Assembly: GCA_963746845.1 (NCBI GenBank)
Contig: CAVVCZ010000006.1
Span: forward strand, 409,008-473,007
DNA from: an uncultured Chloroflexia bacterium
Lineage (GTDB): Bacteria > Chloroflexota > Limnocylindria > Limnocylindrales > CSP1-4
DNA: 64,000 nucleotides
Direction: 5' to 3'
Shown one piece after another: positions 22,372 through 31,857 of this stretch. The position numbers and the translations under genes were made by a program. The first letter of the stretch is position 1. The number at the start of each line of letters is the position of its first letter. Under the pieces are notes generated by a model. It searched no databases. It was not told where the DNA came from and worked only from the letters and a program-made list of their open reading frames with translations.

Positions 22372-22374
22372 CGT

Positions 22375-23334
22375 TCAGCTGGCGACGCCCCCGAGGAAGC
22401 CGTCGACCAGGCTCGCCACCCGGACGGGGTCGTCGAACCACGGCATATGGCCGGCGCCGTCAACCACGGCGAGCTCTCCCTGCGGCAGGACCTCAGACAT
22501 TCGCCGCCATGTCGCGACGCCGCCGACCGGATCGGCCGTTCCGAAGATGTGCCGCGTCGGTGCATCGATCCTCGACAAGTCCGCGTCCTCGAACGGGAAG
22601 CCGTCGCGCCAGCGCGCTCCCCGGACGAGGCGGCGAACCATGTCGCGTTCATGCCGCATCGCGTGCGTGTCATTGGTCAGGGCCACCCGCCAGTCGATGA
22701 AGGTGTCGGGAATCCGGCCGTCGACGAGGCTCGGCCCGTGCCCGCTGTCGCGAAGGATCGACCGTGTCCGATCGGCGCTCACAGGCAACCGGACGATCAG
22801 GGCACCGAGGGGCGACGCAAGTAGCCGGATGAACGACGGCGGCGGAACGTCGGCGACGAGCGGCCCTCCGCCGAGCAGGACAATCCGCTCAACCCTGGTC
22901 CGATGGTGCTCGGCCAGGCTCAGCGCCCAGACGTTGCCGATGGATCCACCGATCACCGAGGCTCGTTCGATCCCAAGGTCGTCGAGGACATCGCGCAGCA
23001 GATCGGCGGCGACGTGTCGGTAGTCCCGAGCATCGACGTCGAGCATGTCGCTCTGTCCCCAGCCCGGTCGCTCGAGGACAATGAAGCGAGCGTTCCCCAG
23101 GGTCGAGATCAGCGACGGCCAGGAGCCCGGGCCCACCGTCCCGTGGACCAGGAGGACAGGGCTTCCTGAACCCACCTCGAGGACCCGGACGGTCGCGGCC
23201 GAACCGGAAAGTCGGACGAGTCGGGAGCTCGGACGCAGGCCGTATGAGGCCCAGAGAGCCTCGTCGACCTGGCCGAACCGACTGGCGGTTGATCGACTTG
23301 CGATCGATGCGACGTCGTCGACTGACATGTCCAC
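22375..23334 (-). CDS. alpha/beta-fold hydrolase
   Basis: 319-aa ORF. PVLLVHG, GGSIGN nucleophile-elbow variant, C-terminal GAGHMPWFDDP. Confidence 0.85.
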   Translation of the reverse strand: MDMSVDDVASIASRSTASRFGQVDEALWASYGLRPSSRLVRLSGSAATVRVLEVGSGSPVLLVHGTVGPGSWPSLISTLGNARFIVLERPGWGQSDMLDVDARDYRHVAADLLRDVLDDLGIERASVIGGSIGNVWALSLAEHHRTRVERIVLLGGGPLVADVPPPSFIRLLASPLGALIVRLPVSADRTRSILRDSGHGPSLVDGRIPDTFIDWRVALTNDTHAMRHERDMVRRLVRGARWRDGFPFEDADLSRIDAPTRHIFGTADPVGGVATWRRMSEVLPQGELAVVDGAGHMPWFDDPVRVASLVDGFLGGVAS

Positions 23335-23337
23335 TTC

Positions 23338-24474
23338 TCAGTCCGAGACGGGGATCGCGGGCCGGAGACCCGAGCTGGCGGGCATCCGGACCCGCTCCGC
23401 GATGCGGTCGACGACGTACTTCGCATCACGGCCCGCACCCGCGACGAGCATCGACGTGAACGCGTAGCTGAACGGGACGCCGAGGAAGTACAGCCCGGGG
23501 ACCGTCCGGCTGACCCCGCGGACCTCGTCGGGGTAGCCGTCGGGACCGGTGATCGGCACGCCGATCCACGAGTAGTCGCGGCGATAGCCGGTGCACCAGA
23601 TGACGTTCGCGACGTCGATGATGGTCCCGTCGGCGAGGAGCGGCTTTCCATCCCTGGCACCGACCGTCTTCGCGTTGTGACGCTCGACGCCCGCGGCGTC
23701 CAGGTCGGGCAAGCGGATCCGGAGGAGCGGTCCTCCGCCGTGACGCACGTGCGGGCGCATCGCGCGGCCCATCGGCGTCCGGATGGTCAGGACGTGGCCG
23801 AAGACGAACGAGACGACCGGCCAGCCGACCCGGCCCCGCCTGGAGTCGACCCCGAACGGCAGCTGGCCGGCGGCCGTGCCCGACACGATCGTCCGATGCG
23901 TCTTCGCGGCCTCGAAAGCGACGTCGGCACCGGAATGGGACAGGCCGACGACCAGGACGGGGCCATCCTGGAGCTGGCTCGGGTCGCGATAGGCATGGGA
24001 GTGCAGCTGGCGGATCGCCGGGTCGAGCTCGCCGGCGAACGGGGGCACGTTCGGGATTCGGAACGCTCCTGTCGCGACGACGACCTGGCGGGCGGCGATC
24101 CGGCGACCGTCGGCGGAGATGACGAAGCCCTCGCCGCCCGGCGCAGGATCGACGCGCTCGACGCGGATTCCGCTACGCACCGGTAGCGCGAAGCGATCGG
24201 CGTAGGCCGTCAGGTAGTCGCCCATCTCGGCGCCGGTCGGAAAGTGGAACGCCCGAGCGGGGAAACGGAAGCCGGGAAGCGAGTCCCAACGGGCCGGGCT
24301 GTAAAGACGCAGCGAATTCCAGTGCTCACGCCAGTGGTCGCCGATCCGCTCATCGGCGTCAAGGATCACAAAGGGCAGGCCACCCCTGGACAGATGGTAG
24401 CCGGCCGACAACCCGGCCTGGCCGGCCCCGATGACCACGGTGTCGATCGGCTCGATCTCCGTCTCGCTGTTCAT
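23338..24474 (-). CDS. flavin-containing monooxygenase / NAD(P)-binding FAD oxidoreductase
   Basis: VVIGAGQAGLSAG dinucleotide motif and a second GLSHSGADVA motif. ATG at 24472-24474 follows GGAGG. Confidence 0.85.
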   Translation of the reverse strand: MNSETEIEPIDTVVIGAGQAGLSAGYHLSRGGLPFVILDADERIGDHWREHWNSLRLYSPARWDSLPGFRFPARAFHFPTGAEMGDYLTAYADRFALPVRSGIRVERVDPAPGGEGFVISADGRRIAARQVVVATGAFRIPNVPPFAGELDPAIRQLHSHAYRDPSQLQDGPVLVVGLSHSGADVAFEAAKTHRTIVSGTAAGQLPFGVDSRRGRVGWPVVSFVFGHVLTIRTPMGRAMRPHVRHGGGPLLRIRLPDLDAAGVERHNAKTVGARDGKPLLADGTIIDVANVIWCTGYRRDYSWIGVPITGPDGYPDEVRGVSRTVPGLYFLGVPFSYAFTSMLVAGAGRDAKYVVDRIAERVRMPASSGLRPAIPVSD

Positions 24475-24631
24475 GTCACGCCTCCGGGTCGATCGTTCGA
24501 GGATTCGGAGGCGACCGACCGGCCAGCCGGCCGCCGATGACGACCCTAGGTTCGGGGACGGGGAGACGCATCGGCGGAGATACCCAATCGGCCGAGTGGC
24601 CGGTATGGGTACCGCCGGTCTGGAGCAGCCG

Positions 24632-26266
24632 TCACACGAGGCGGTGCTCGTAGGCGAAGGCAGTCGCCGCAGCCCGCGACGAGACATCGAGCTTCGTGAA
24701 GATGTTGCTGACGTGTCGGTCGATCGTCCGCTCGCTGATCCCGAGGTCGGCAGCGATCTCGCGGTTGGTGCGGCCGCTCGCCACGAGTCGCAGCACCTCC
24801 AGCTCCCGCGGGCTCAGACCGCCCGGCGCGGGCGGTGGCGTGCCGGAGATCTCGTCGACGTGGTCGCGATCGGGAACAGCCCCGAGCTCGTCGAACACGT
24901 CGCGGGCGGCGGCGAGCTCGATTGCCGCGCCGTCGGCGTCGCCCAGTGACCGGCGTGCGCGGGCGATCGCCACGCGGACGCGAGCGCCCTCGTACGGCGC
25001 ATCGAGTGCCTGCCACAGCTCCCAGGCCCGTCGCAGCGACACGAGCGCGCCCATTGCGTCACCCGCCGCGAGGCGGACGAGGCCGTCGGCCCGCGCGGCG
25101 ATGGCTCGGAGGAGGGGCGGCTTGGCCGCCGGCCCGGCAAGCCCCGCGAGCTCGCGGACACCTGCCTCGGCCGCCGGAATGTCGCCGGCGGCGAGCATGA
25201 TCTCGACATAGGGCTCGAGCAGGCGCGGACGAGCGATCGGGTCCGCCTCGTCGAGCGCACGTCGGATGGCCGCGCCGGCCGCGCGGCGGTCGCCCAGGGC
25301 GAGACGGACAAGCGCGAGGCCGGGATCGGGCTTGCGGCCCCACTTCGCGCCCTCACGGTAGGCAGACTCGGCTGCCGCGAAGTCGCCGCGGAGACGGTGG
25401 AGCTCGGCCTGCTGGTAGAGCGCCTCGCCGACCGCCGGCTGAGGCGGTGGTCGGGAGAGCCAGTCGTGGGCCCGGCCGACCTCGATGACTGCGTCTTGCC
25501 ACAGGCCGTGGAACTGCAAGAGCTCCGCCCGGAAGACCAGGCACCGACCGCGGAACGGCACGGCGTCCGGCTGGGAGTCACACCACCGATCGAGGGCCGC
25601 GGTCCACTCCTGGGCCCGGCCGAGGTCGAAGACTGCCTGGTACGCCTCGATCGAGCCGCAATACACGATCCCGACATTCATCGGCGACACCTCGCCGGTG
25701 GTGACCGCGACCATGGCCTCGTCGAGGAGCGCGATCCCGCGGTCCACCTCGCCGAGCGCGATCAGAGTCTCGCCGCGCCCGAGGCACGACAGCGCCAGCA
25801 GGTCGCGATCGCCGAAGCGCTCGGCGACGACGCCGACCTGATCAAAGATCGACATGGACTCGGCCACCTCGCCCTGATCGCGCGCGCGGAGCGCGAGGGG
25901 AACGAGCAACAACCCGCGTTCGACACAGTCGACGCCGGTCTCGTCGAGCAGCCGCGTCGCCCGGGCGTGCCAACCACCGGCCTGGGCGAACTCCCCGCGC
26001 TGACCGAGATTCATGACGATGTGGTAGGCGTGCCGGACCGCCCGGATGGGATTGCCGTCGCGGAGCGCGGCCAGGTGCGCCCGCTCCCACGTCCGGTAGG
26101 CCTCGTCCGGCCGACCGAGCATCTGGAGAGCCGTCGCCAGCCGTTCCAGGTCATCGATCTCGAGCTTGTCGTCGGCGTCCGCCGAGCCGAGGCGGTCCGC
26201 CACCTCGCTCCACGCGCGCCGATCGAACGCGTCGTGAGCGAGGTCGAGATCCGTGGAAGTCTTCAC
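24632..26266 (-). CDS. LuxR-family transcriptional regulator with TPR-like N-terminal region
   Basis: C-terminal HTH LSPRELEVLRLVASGRTNREIAADLGISERTIDRHVSNIFTKL. GTG start. Confidence 0.88.
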   Translation of the reverse strand: MKTSTDLDLAHDAFDRRAWSEVADRLGSADADDKLEIDDLERLATALQMLGRPDEAYRTWERAHLAALRDGNPIRAVRHAYHIVMNLGQRGEFAQAGGWHARATRLLDETGVDCVERGLLLVPLALRARDQGEVAESMSIFDQVGVVAERFGDRDLLALSCLGRGETLIALGEVDRGIALLDEAMVAVTTGEVSPMNVGIVYCGSIEAYQAVFDLGRAQEWTAALDRWCDSQPDAVPFRGRCLVFRAELLQFHGLWQDAVIEVGRAHDWLSRPPPQPAVGEALYQQAELHRLRGDFAAAESAYREGAKWGRKPDPGLALVRLALGDRRAAGAAIRRALDEADPIARPRLLEPYVEIMLAAGDIPAAEAGVRELAGLAGPAAKPPLLRAIAARADGLVRLAAGDAMGALVSLRRAWELWQALDAPYEGARVRVAIARARRSLGDADGAAIELAAARDVFDELGAVPDRDHVDEISGTPPPAPGGLSPRELEVLRLVASGRTNREIAADLGISERTIDRHVSNIFTKLDVSSRAAATAFAYEHRLV

Positions 26267-26320
26267 GAGGGCATCGGCTCCGCGGTCAATGTACCCCGCG
26301 GGGGCGGCCCTGCCGTCAGG

Positions 26321-27322
26321 TCAGAGCCAGCCGCGCCGGCGGAACAGGATCGTCAGCATCACGAGCACGAACGCCATGAGCGCGACCACGACCCAGAACG
26401 AGAACGGCTCGTTCTCGCCCGGCACCGGCACGTTCATGCCGTAGATCGACGCGATCAGCGTGAGCGGCAGCAGGATCACCGAGGTCGCGGTCAGGATCCG
26501 GAGCGAGTCGTTCAGCCGGTGGGACAGGACCGACTCATTCGTGGATTCGAGCGCCTCGGCGACCTCCTTGTAGTTCTCGAGCGTGTCCCAGATGCGCTCG
26601 GCCGCGTCGGAGATGTCATCGAAGTAGATCTCGAGCTCCTCGGCGAGGTAGCGCTGCTTCGTGCGCTCGAGGTCGCGGAGGACGGCGCGCTGCGGCCGGA
26701 CGATCCGCCGGAAGTTGATGATCTCCTGCTTCGCGTTCGAGATCGCCCGGACGATCGCACTCGAGCGGCCCTCGAGGATGTCGTCTTCCAGCGCGTCCAG
26801 CTTGTTGCCCATCTTCCGGAGCATCGGGAAGGCCGCGTCGACGTTCGTGTCGACGATCTTGTACAGGAGATAGCCCGAGCCCTTCGAGAACGTCGACTCG
26901 CGCACCTCCTCACGGGCCTCCATCCGTTCGAACATCGCCGCGAGCGGCGGGAGGGCCGTCTCGGTGAACGTGATCAGGTAGTCGGGCCCGACGAACATGT
27001 CGAGCTCGGCCGTCAGCAGCCGGCCGGACGCCTTCTCGAACACGGGGAAGTGCAGGACGATGAAGAGGTAGTCGTCGTACACGTCCAGCTTCGAGCGCTG
27101 GTTGCGCGAGTAGACGTCCTCCCAGTCGAGTGGGTGGAAGTCGTAGCGCTCCTCGAGCCACTCGCGGTGGGCGAGGCGGGGATCCTCGACATGGATCCAG
27201 CGGAGGCCGCTGGCCTCGACGATGCGGGGCTCGACTACCTCGCCGGGGCCGGGCGCGTTCGAACCGCCGGCCGGGATCGGTCGGCGCAGCCGCGGGCGTG
27301 GGAGCGGCGGCAGGTTCGGCAT
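26321..27322 (-). CDS. corA: CorA-family magnesium/cobalt transporter
   Basis: C-terminal YGMNVPVPG (GMN motif) between two TM helices. The start is taken at MPNLPP (27320-27322). Confidence 0.88.
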   Translation of the reverse strand: MPNLPPLPRPRLRRPIPAGGSNAPGPGEVVEPRIVEASGLRWIHVEDPRLAHREWLEERYDFHPLDWEDVYSRNQRSKLDVYDDYLFIVLHFPVFEKASGRLLTAELDMFVGPDYLITFTETALPPLAAMFERMEAREEVRESTFSKGSGYLLYKIVDTNVDAAFPMLRKMGNKLDALEDDILEGRSSAIVRAISNAKQEIINFRRIVRPQRAVLRDLERTKQRYLAEELEIYFDDISDAAERIWDTLENYKEVAEALESTNESVLSHRLNDSLRILTATSVILLPLTLIASIYGMNVPVPGENEPFSFWVVVALMAFVLVMLTILFRRRGWL

Positions 27323-27562
27323 CGACTGGGAGGCTTCATGGCGGTCGGCCGCATGGTAGCCGGTGCGATGCGGACCGCGCCACCCGCCGAACGACCCGGC
27401 CCAACGACGGGGGCACACCCGCGTCTGCGATCGTCGCGGATGGGCGTGGCTGGCAAGGCGGCGGGGAGGAGCGGAGCGAGCGGGCTTGAAGGCCCGTGAG
27501 CGAGCACCGCAGTCGCCGACGCAGTCCAGCATCGTCCAGGCGCGACAGCCCGGGACGCTACG

Positions 27563-28507
27563 CTAATGCTGTGCCTGGTCCGCGCGGGCCTCCCACAGGA
27601 CGTGCTCGGGCGTCTCGAGCTGGAACGTCGAGTGGTTGATGTCGAAGTCGGCCGACAGGCACGTCCCGAGGTGATCGAGGATGTCGCCGGGCTTGGCCTC
27701 CTCGCCGAGCACGACGTGGGCGGACACGACGTTCATCCCGCTCGTGATCGTCCAGGCGTGGAGGTCGTGGACGTCGACCACGCCGGGCGCCTCGCGGATG
27801 TGGCGCTCCACGTCGCCAAGATCGACCCCCTTCGGCGTCGCCTCGAGCAGGACGTCGACACTGTCGCGGAGAAGCAGGCCGGTCCGCGGCACGATCAGGA
27901 TCGCCACGACCAGCGACGCGACGGCGTCCGCCTGGTGCCAGCCCGTGAGGGCGATGACCAGGCCCGCCACGAGGACGGCCCCCGCGCCGATCAGATCGCC
28001 GGCGATCTCGAGATACGCGCCGCGCATCGTCAGGCTTTCGCGCTGCCCGGGCGCGAGGATCCGGAGTGTGACGATGTTGGCCAGGAGCGCGATCGCGGCG
28101 ACGACGATCACGATCCCCGGCCGGACGTCCGGCGGCGCGAAGAACCGCTGGACCGCCTCGATCGCGACGATCAGGGCGATCACGAGCAGGAGCACCGCAT
28201 TGGCGGCGGCAGCGAGCATCTCGAGCCGGTACAACCCGAAGGTGCGGGTGTCGCTCGGCGGCCGGGACGCGAGGCGGATCGCGACGAGCGAGAGCGTCAT
28301 CCCCGAGACATCGGCGAAGACGTGCGCCGCGTCGGCCATGAGCGCCAGCGAGTTCGCTGCGATGCCGGCGACCAGCTCGACGACGAGCACGACGAGCCCG
28401 ATGCCGATCGCGGCACGCAGGCTGCCGGCGTGCCGGCCGGCCGCCGAATGGGAGTGGGCCACGAACGGAGCGTAGCGCCCCGCGCCCGCTTGATCGAGTA
28501 CCGTCAA
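27563..28507 (-). CDS. cation diffusion facilitator (CzcD/ZitB-like) efflux transporter
   Basis: ADAAHVFADV and HxxxD-type motifs, six TM segments, C-terminal DVHDLHAW. The start is TTG 28507 or GTG 28462. Confidence 0.88.
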   Translation of the reverse strand: MTVLDQAGAGRYAPFVAHSHSAAGRHAGSLRAAIGIGLVVLVVELVAGIAANSLALMADAAHVFADVSGMTLSLVAIRLASRPPSDTRTFGLYRLEMLAAAANAVLLLVIALIVAIEAVQRFFAPPDVRPGIVIVVAAIALLANIVTLRILAPGQRESLTMRGAYLEIAGDLIGAGAVLVAGLVIALTGWHQADAVASLVVAILIVPRTGLLLRDSVDVLLEATPKGVDLGDVERHIREAPGVVDVHDLHAWTITSGMNVVSAHVVLGEEAKPGDILDHLGTCLSADFDINHSTFQLETPEHVLWEARADQAQH

Positions 28508-28542
28508 GGTGCCGGGCGGACCGGCGGCGACGCGGAGGCTCG

Positions 28543-29466
28543 ATGACGGCGGTCCCGGACGGATACGGGGTGCTCGAGGCCCACGGCTACGGCAAGCGCT
28601 ATCGGCGGACCTGGGCGCTGCGCGGTGTCGACCTCACGGTTCCCGCGGGGAGCATCACCGCCCTGGTCGGGCCGAACGGCTCGGGCAAGTCCACCCTGAT
28701 CCGCAGCTGGATCGGCTTCGAAGGCGCGACCGAGGGGCGGCTCCTGACCGGCGGGGTCGATCCGCAGCGCGACCGGGCCGCCGCGGTCGCCCTCGTCGGC
28801 TACGTGCCGCAGTCGCCGTCGCTCTATCGGGACCTGACTGTCGCCCAGCACGTCGAGCTGGCCGCGACGCTTCGCGACGGGTTCGATCCGGCGATGGCGA
28901 ACCGGTACATCGAACGGCTGTCGATCGACCTCTCCGCGAAGGCCGGCGAGCTGTCCGGCGGCGAGGGGGCGCAGGTCGGGCTGGCCCTGGCGCTGGCGAC
29001 GCGCGCCTCGATCCTCCTGCTGGACGAGCCCCTCGCGAGCCTCGATCCGCTCGCCCGTCGCGAGTTCCTGCACCTGATGGTCGAGGCGGTCCGTTCGGTC
29101 GGGGCGACCGCGCTGCTGTCCTCGCACGTGATCACCGACATCGAGCAGGCCTGCGATCGGCTGGTCGTGCTCGGCCGGGGCCACACGCTCCTGGACCTCC
29201 CGGTCGCCGACGCGATCGCCCATCACCGCGTGATCGAGGGCTCGCCGGCGGAGGCGGTTCGCGCGGCCGGCCCGAACGCGGTGATCGGCAGCTTTCCGGC
29301 ACCCGACGGGGTACCGCTGTCCCTCGTCCGGACGCCGCCGGCCGACGACCCTGGCGCGGCCCCGCTGGGGCGGCCGGCCACTCTGGAAGAGATCGTCATC
29401 GGGCATCTCGCCGCGGGCCGGATCCGGGCGGCCGCCGCGGCGGCTGCCGCGGGACGGGCGGCATGA
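28543..29466 (+). CDS. ABC transporter ATP-binding protein
   Basis: GPNGSGKST, LSGGEGAQ signature variant, LLLDEPLASLD. GGAGG lies upstream. Confidence 0.88.
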   Translation: MTAVPDGYGVLEAHGYGKRYRRTWALRGVDLTVPAGSITALVGPNGSGKSTLIRSWIGFEGATEGRLLTGGVDPQRDRAAAVALVGYVPQSPSLYRDLTVAQHVELAATLRDGFDPAMANRYIERLSIDLSAKAGELSGGEGAQVGLALALATRASILLLDEPLASLDPLARREFLHLMVEAVRSVGATALLSSHVITDIEQACDRLVVLGRGHTLLDLPVADAIAHHRVIEGSPAEAVRAAGPNAVIGSFPAPDGVPLSLVRTPPADDPGAAPLGRPATLEEIVIGHLAAGRIRAAAAAAAAGRAA

Positions 29467-30398
29467 TGCTCCGCGGGGCGCTCCTGTCGTTCCGGATCCA
29501 GCGCTTCGAGACGACGCTCGTCATCCTCGCCGCGGTCCTGTCGGTCCTGGTCTCCGCCGTCGTGATCTGGGCGTTCGGTGCGGGGAACTACGCTCGGTGT
29601 CTGAGCGACGACCCGGCAGCGTTCGGGAGCGCGTGTCAGACCGGCGTCTATCCGTTGCTCAACCGGATCGCGCGACTCTCGCTGTCGATCGTCCCGGTCT
29701 TCCCGCTCGTGGCCGGCCTCCTCGCCGGCAGCCCGATCGTCGCGCGCGAGCTGGAGACGGGGACCGCCCGGCTCGCCTGGTCGCTCGGACCGTCACGACT
29801 ACGTTGGCTCGCCCAGCGGGCGCTGCCGATCCTCGCGGTCGTCGCCCTCGCGTCGCTGGCGATCGGCCTGACGGCCGAGGCGCTGACCCATCTCCTGCGG
29901 CCGACGGTCGACCTGGACCAGTCGTTCGTCGGGTTCCGCGGCCGCGGACTCCTGATCGCGGTCGAGGCGATCCTCGTCGCCTCCGTGGCGCTCGCGCTCG
30001 GGGCGATCGTCGGTCGATCGGGGCCGACCCTCCTCTTCAGCCTGATCCTCGTCTTCGCGATCGGGATGGCCGTCGACAAGGTCGAACGCGAGCTCCTCAC
30101 GAACGAAGCGGTGGCGGCGGACGCCAACGAGTTCCCGTACGACGACGCGAACTATGTCGTCGACAACCGGCTGCGCTTCCCCGACGGGACGATCCTGACG
30201 TGGGAGGTGGCGATGGCCACCCATCCCGAAATCCAGAATGGCTGGGACGAATTGAGCGGGATCGCGGGCGTCGTGCTGTATGTCCCCGGGGCGCGCTACC
30301 ACGACGTCGAACGACGGGAGGCGCTGGCGATGCTCGCGATCTCCGCCCTGTTCGTCGCGCTGGCCGCCGTGTCGGTCCTCCGACGACGGCCCCGCTGA
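29463..30398 (+). CDS. ABC transporter permease (ABC-2-like)
   Basis: ATGA overlap with the ATPase. Multi-TM sequence with a large extracytoplasmic loop. Confidence 0.75.
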   Translation: MMLRGALLSFRIQRFETTLVILAAVLSVLVSAVVIWAFGAGNYARCLSDDPAAFGSACQTGVYPLLNRIARLSLSIVPVFPLVAGLLAGSPIVARELETGTARLAWSLGPSRLRWLAQRALPILAVVALASLAIGLTAEALTHLLRPTVDLDQSFVGFRGRGLLIAVEAILVASVALALGAIVGRSGPTLLFSLILVFAIGMAVDKVERELLTNEAVAADANEFPYDDANYVVDNRLRFPDGTILTWEVAMATHPEIQNGWDELSGIAGVVLYVPGARYHDVERREALAMLAISALFVALAAVSVLRRRPR

Positions 30399-30431
30399 GG
30401 GATCGCCGGGCCCGGCGTCGATAATCCGCCC

Positions 30432-31382
30432 GTGACCAGCGCCCTCCTCGCCTTCGACGACGCCGGCAACCGGCTGTTCGCCGCGCTCCGGCGCGCCGCG
30501 GTTGCGGCCCGGCTGCCGTCGCTGGCGCGGCTCGAGACGCCGCCCTGGGTCGGGATCGCGCTGGCGATCGCCGGCTGGGCGCTGATCGTGTGGTTCAGCG
30601 AGCCGTGGGGCCGGCTGTGGGGCACCGGCCAGGATGCCCGCTGCTACTGGCAGGCGACCCTCGCCGATCCGTACCTCCACTCCGACTGGAACGACCCGAT
30701 CGCCTTCGTCTACTCGCCCGCCTTCCTCCAGCTCGTCTCGCCGCTGACGGCCCTCCCGTGGCAGGCGTTCATGGCCGTCTGGACGGCGCTCCTCGTGCTC
30801 GCCGTCCGGGTGCTGACCGGGCCGCGTCTGCTCGCCGCCGGGCTCCTCTTCCCGTTCGCGGCGATGGAGGTGGCCGGCGGCAACGTGTCGCTGCTGCTCG
30901 CCGTCGCGATCGTCGTCGGGTTCCGCTGGCCGTGGACCTGGTCGCTCGTGCTCCTGACGAAGATCACGCCCGGCATCGGGCTGCTGTGGTTCGCGGTTCG
31001 GGGCGAGTGGCGCTCGCTGGCCATCGCGCTGGGCGCAACCGCGGCAATCGTCGCCGTGTCCTTCGCGACGATGCCGGACCAGTGGCGGACGTGGGTCGAC
31101 GTCGTGATCCGGAACGTCGAGGCGGGCCGGGCCGGGACGTGGGCCTCTCTGCCGATCCCGCTGCTCGTCCGGATGCCGGTCGCGATCGTGGTCGTCGTGT
31201 GGGGCGCGCGGACGGATCGGCCGTGGACGGTGCCCGTCGCGTCGATGATCGCGCTGCCGGCCGTCTGGTACGGCGGCCTGTCGATGCTGCTGGCCGTCAT
31301 CCCGCTCCTGGGCGGCGGACGCGGCGTGGGCCGGTGGGCGCTCCGAGGGTTGGAGCCCGCGCCGGCTCCGACGCGCGGCTGA
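30432..31382 (+). CDS. DUF2029 / GT87-like integral membrane glycosyltransferase
   Basis: 316-aa polytopic ORF (FVYSPAFLQL...GNVSLLLAVAIVVG...TKITPGIGLLWF), resembling polyprenol-phosphate-mannose-dependent mannosyltransferases. Confidence 0.7.
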   Translation: MTSALLAFDDAGNRLFAALRRAAVAARLPSLARLETPPWVGIALAIAGWALIVWFSEPWGRLWGTGQDARCYWQATLADPYLHSDWNDPIAFVYSPAFLQLVSPLTALPWQAFMAVWTALLVLAVRVLTGPRLLAAGLLFPFAAMEVAGGNVSLLLAVAIVVGFRWPWTWSLVLLTKITPGIGLLWFAVRGEWRSLAIALGATAAIVAVSFATMPDQWRTWVDVVIRNVEAGRAGTWASLPIPLLVRMPVAIVVVVWGARTDRPWTVPVASMIALPAVWYGGLSMLLAVIPLLGGGRGVGRWALRGLEPAPAPTRG

Positions 31383-31857
31383 CAGATTCCCGCCTCACGT
31401 CGACTACGGGACGGATCACCCGAATTGGGTGCCAGATCTTCACCGCCGGTCGACGAGGCACGATCGGAGGCTGCTCCGATCGGTCGTGCACGGCTTCCCA
31501 CGCTCAGCGGCCGATGAAAGGAGCCGATTCGGAGCGCCGTCTGACGCCGGCTCGACACCCGGTGTCGATCTGTCATCGGATGGGCGGTCTCGGGCCGCTC
31601 CTCGACACGAGGCGCGAATCTGGCAGGCGTGCGTCCGGATCGGGCGGCGCCGGACCTGATCATTCGGCCATGGACGGACCGTTCGCGCGAGCCGGAACCG
31701 CCCCACGGACGCGAAACCCGCAGGCTCGTGCGAGGCCGAAGCGCGGTGGCGAGTGGATGACCCCTTCAGGCGACCCGCTTCGTGTGACAACGGTCCCGGG
31801 GTGACCGTCTGAGCGAGTCCGAGGGCGGGCCACGATGGCCGAATCGGCTCGGACCGC

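Noticed and set aside
27323-27562. Possible Mg2+ riboswitch (M-box) in the 240-nt leader of corA
   Set aside because: I could not find the conserved M-box core strings on the minus strand, only short GC hairpins and a gagcgagc direct repeat. This needs an Infernal scan to be sure.
31429-31790. Track ORFs 31429..31659(+) and 31440..31790(-) in the long convergent spacer
   Set aside because: They overlap each other antisense, are Arg/Ser-rich, lack ribosome-binding sites and have poor wobble-position GC. I also looked for RNase P, tmRNA and SRP RNA signatures here and did not find them.
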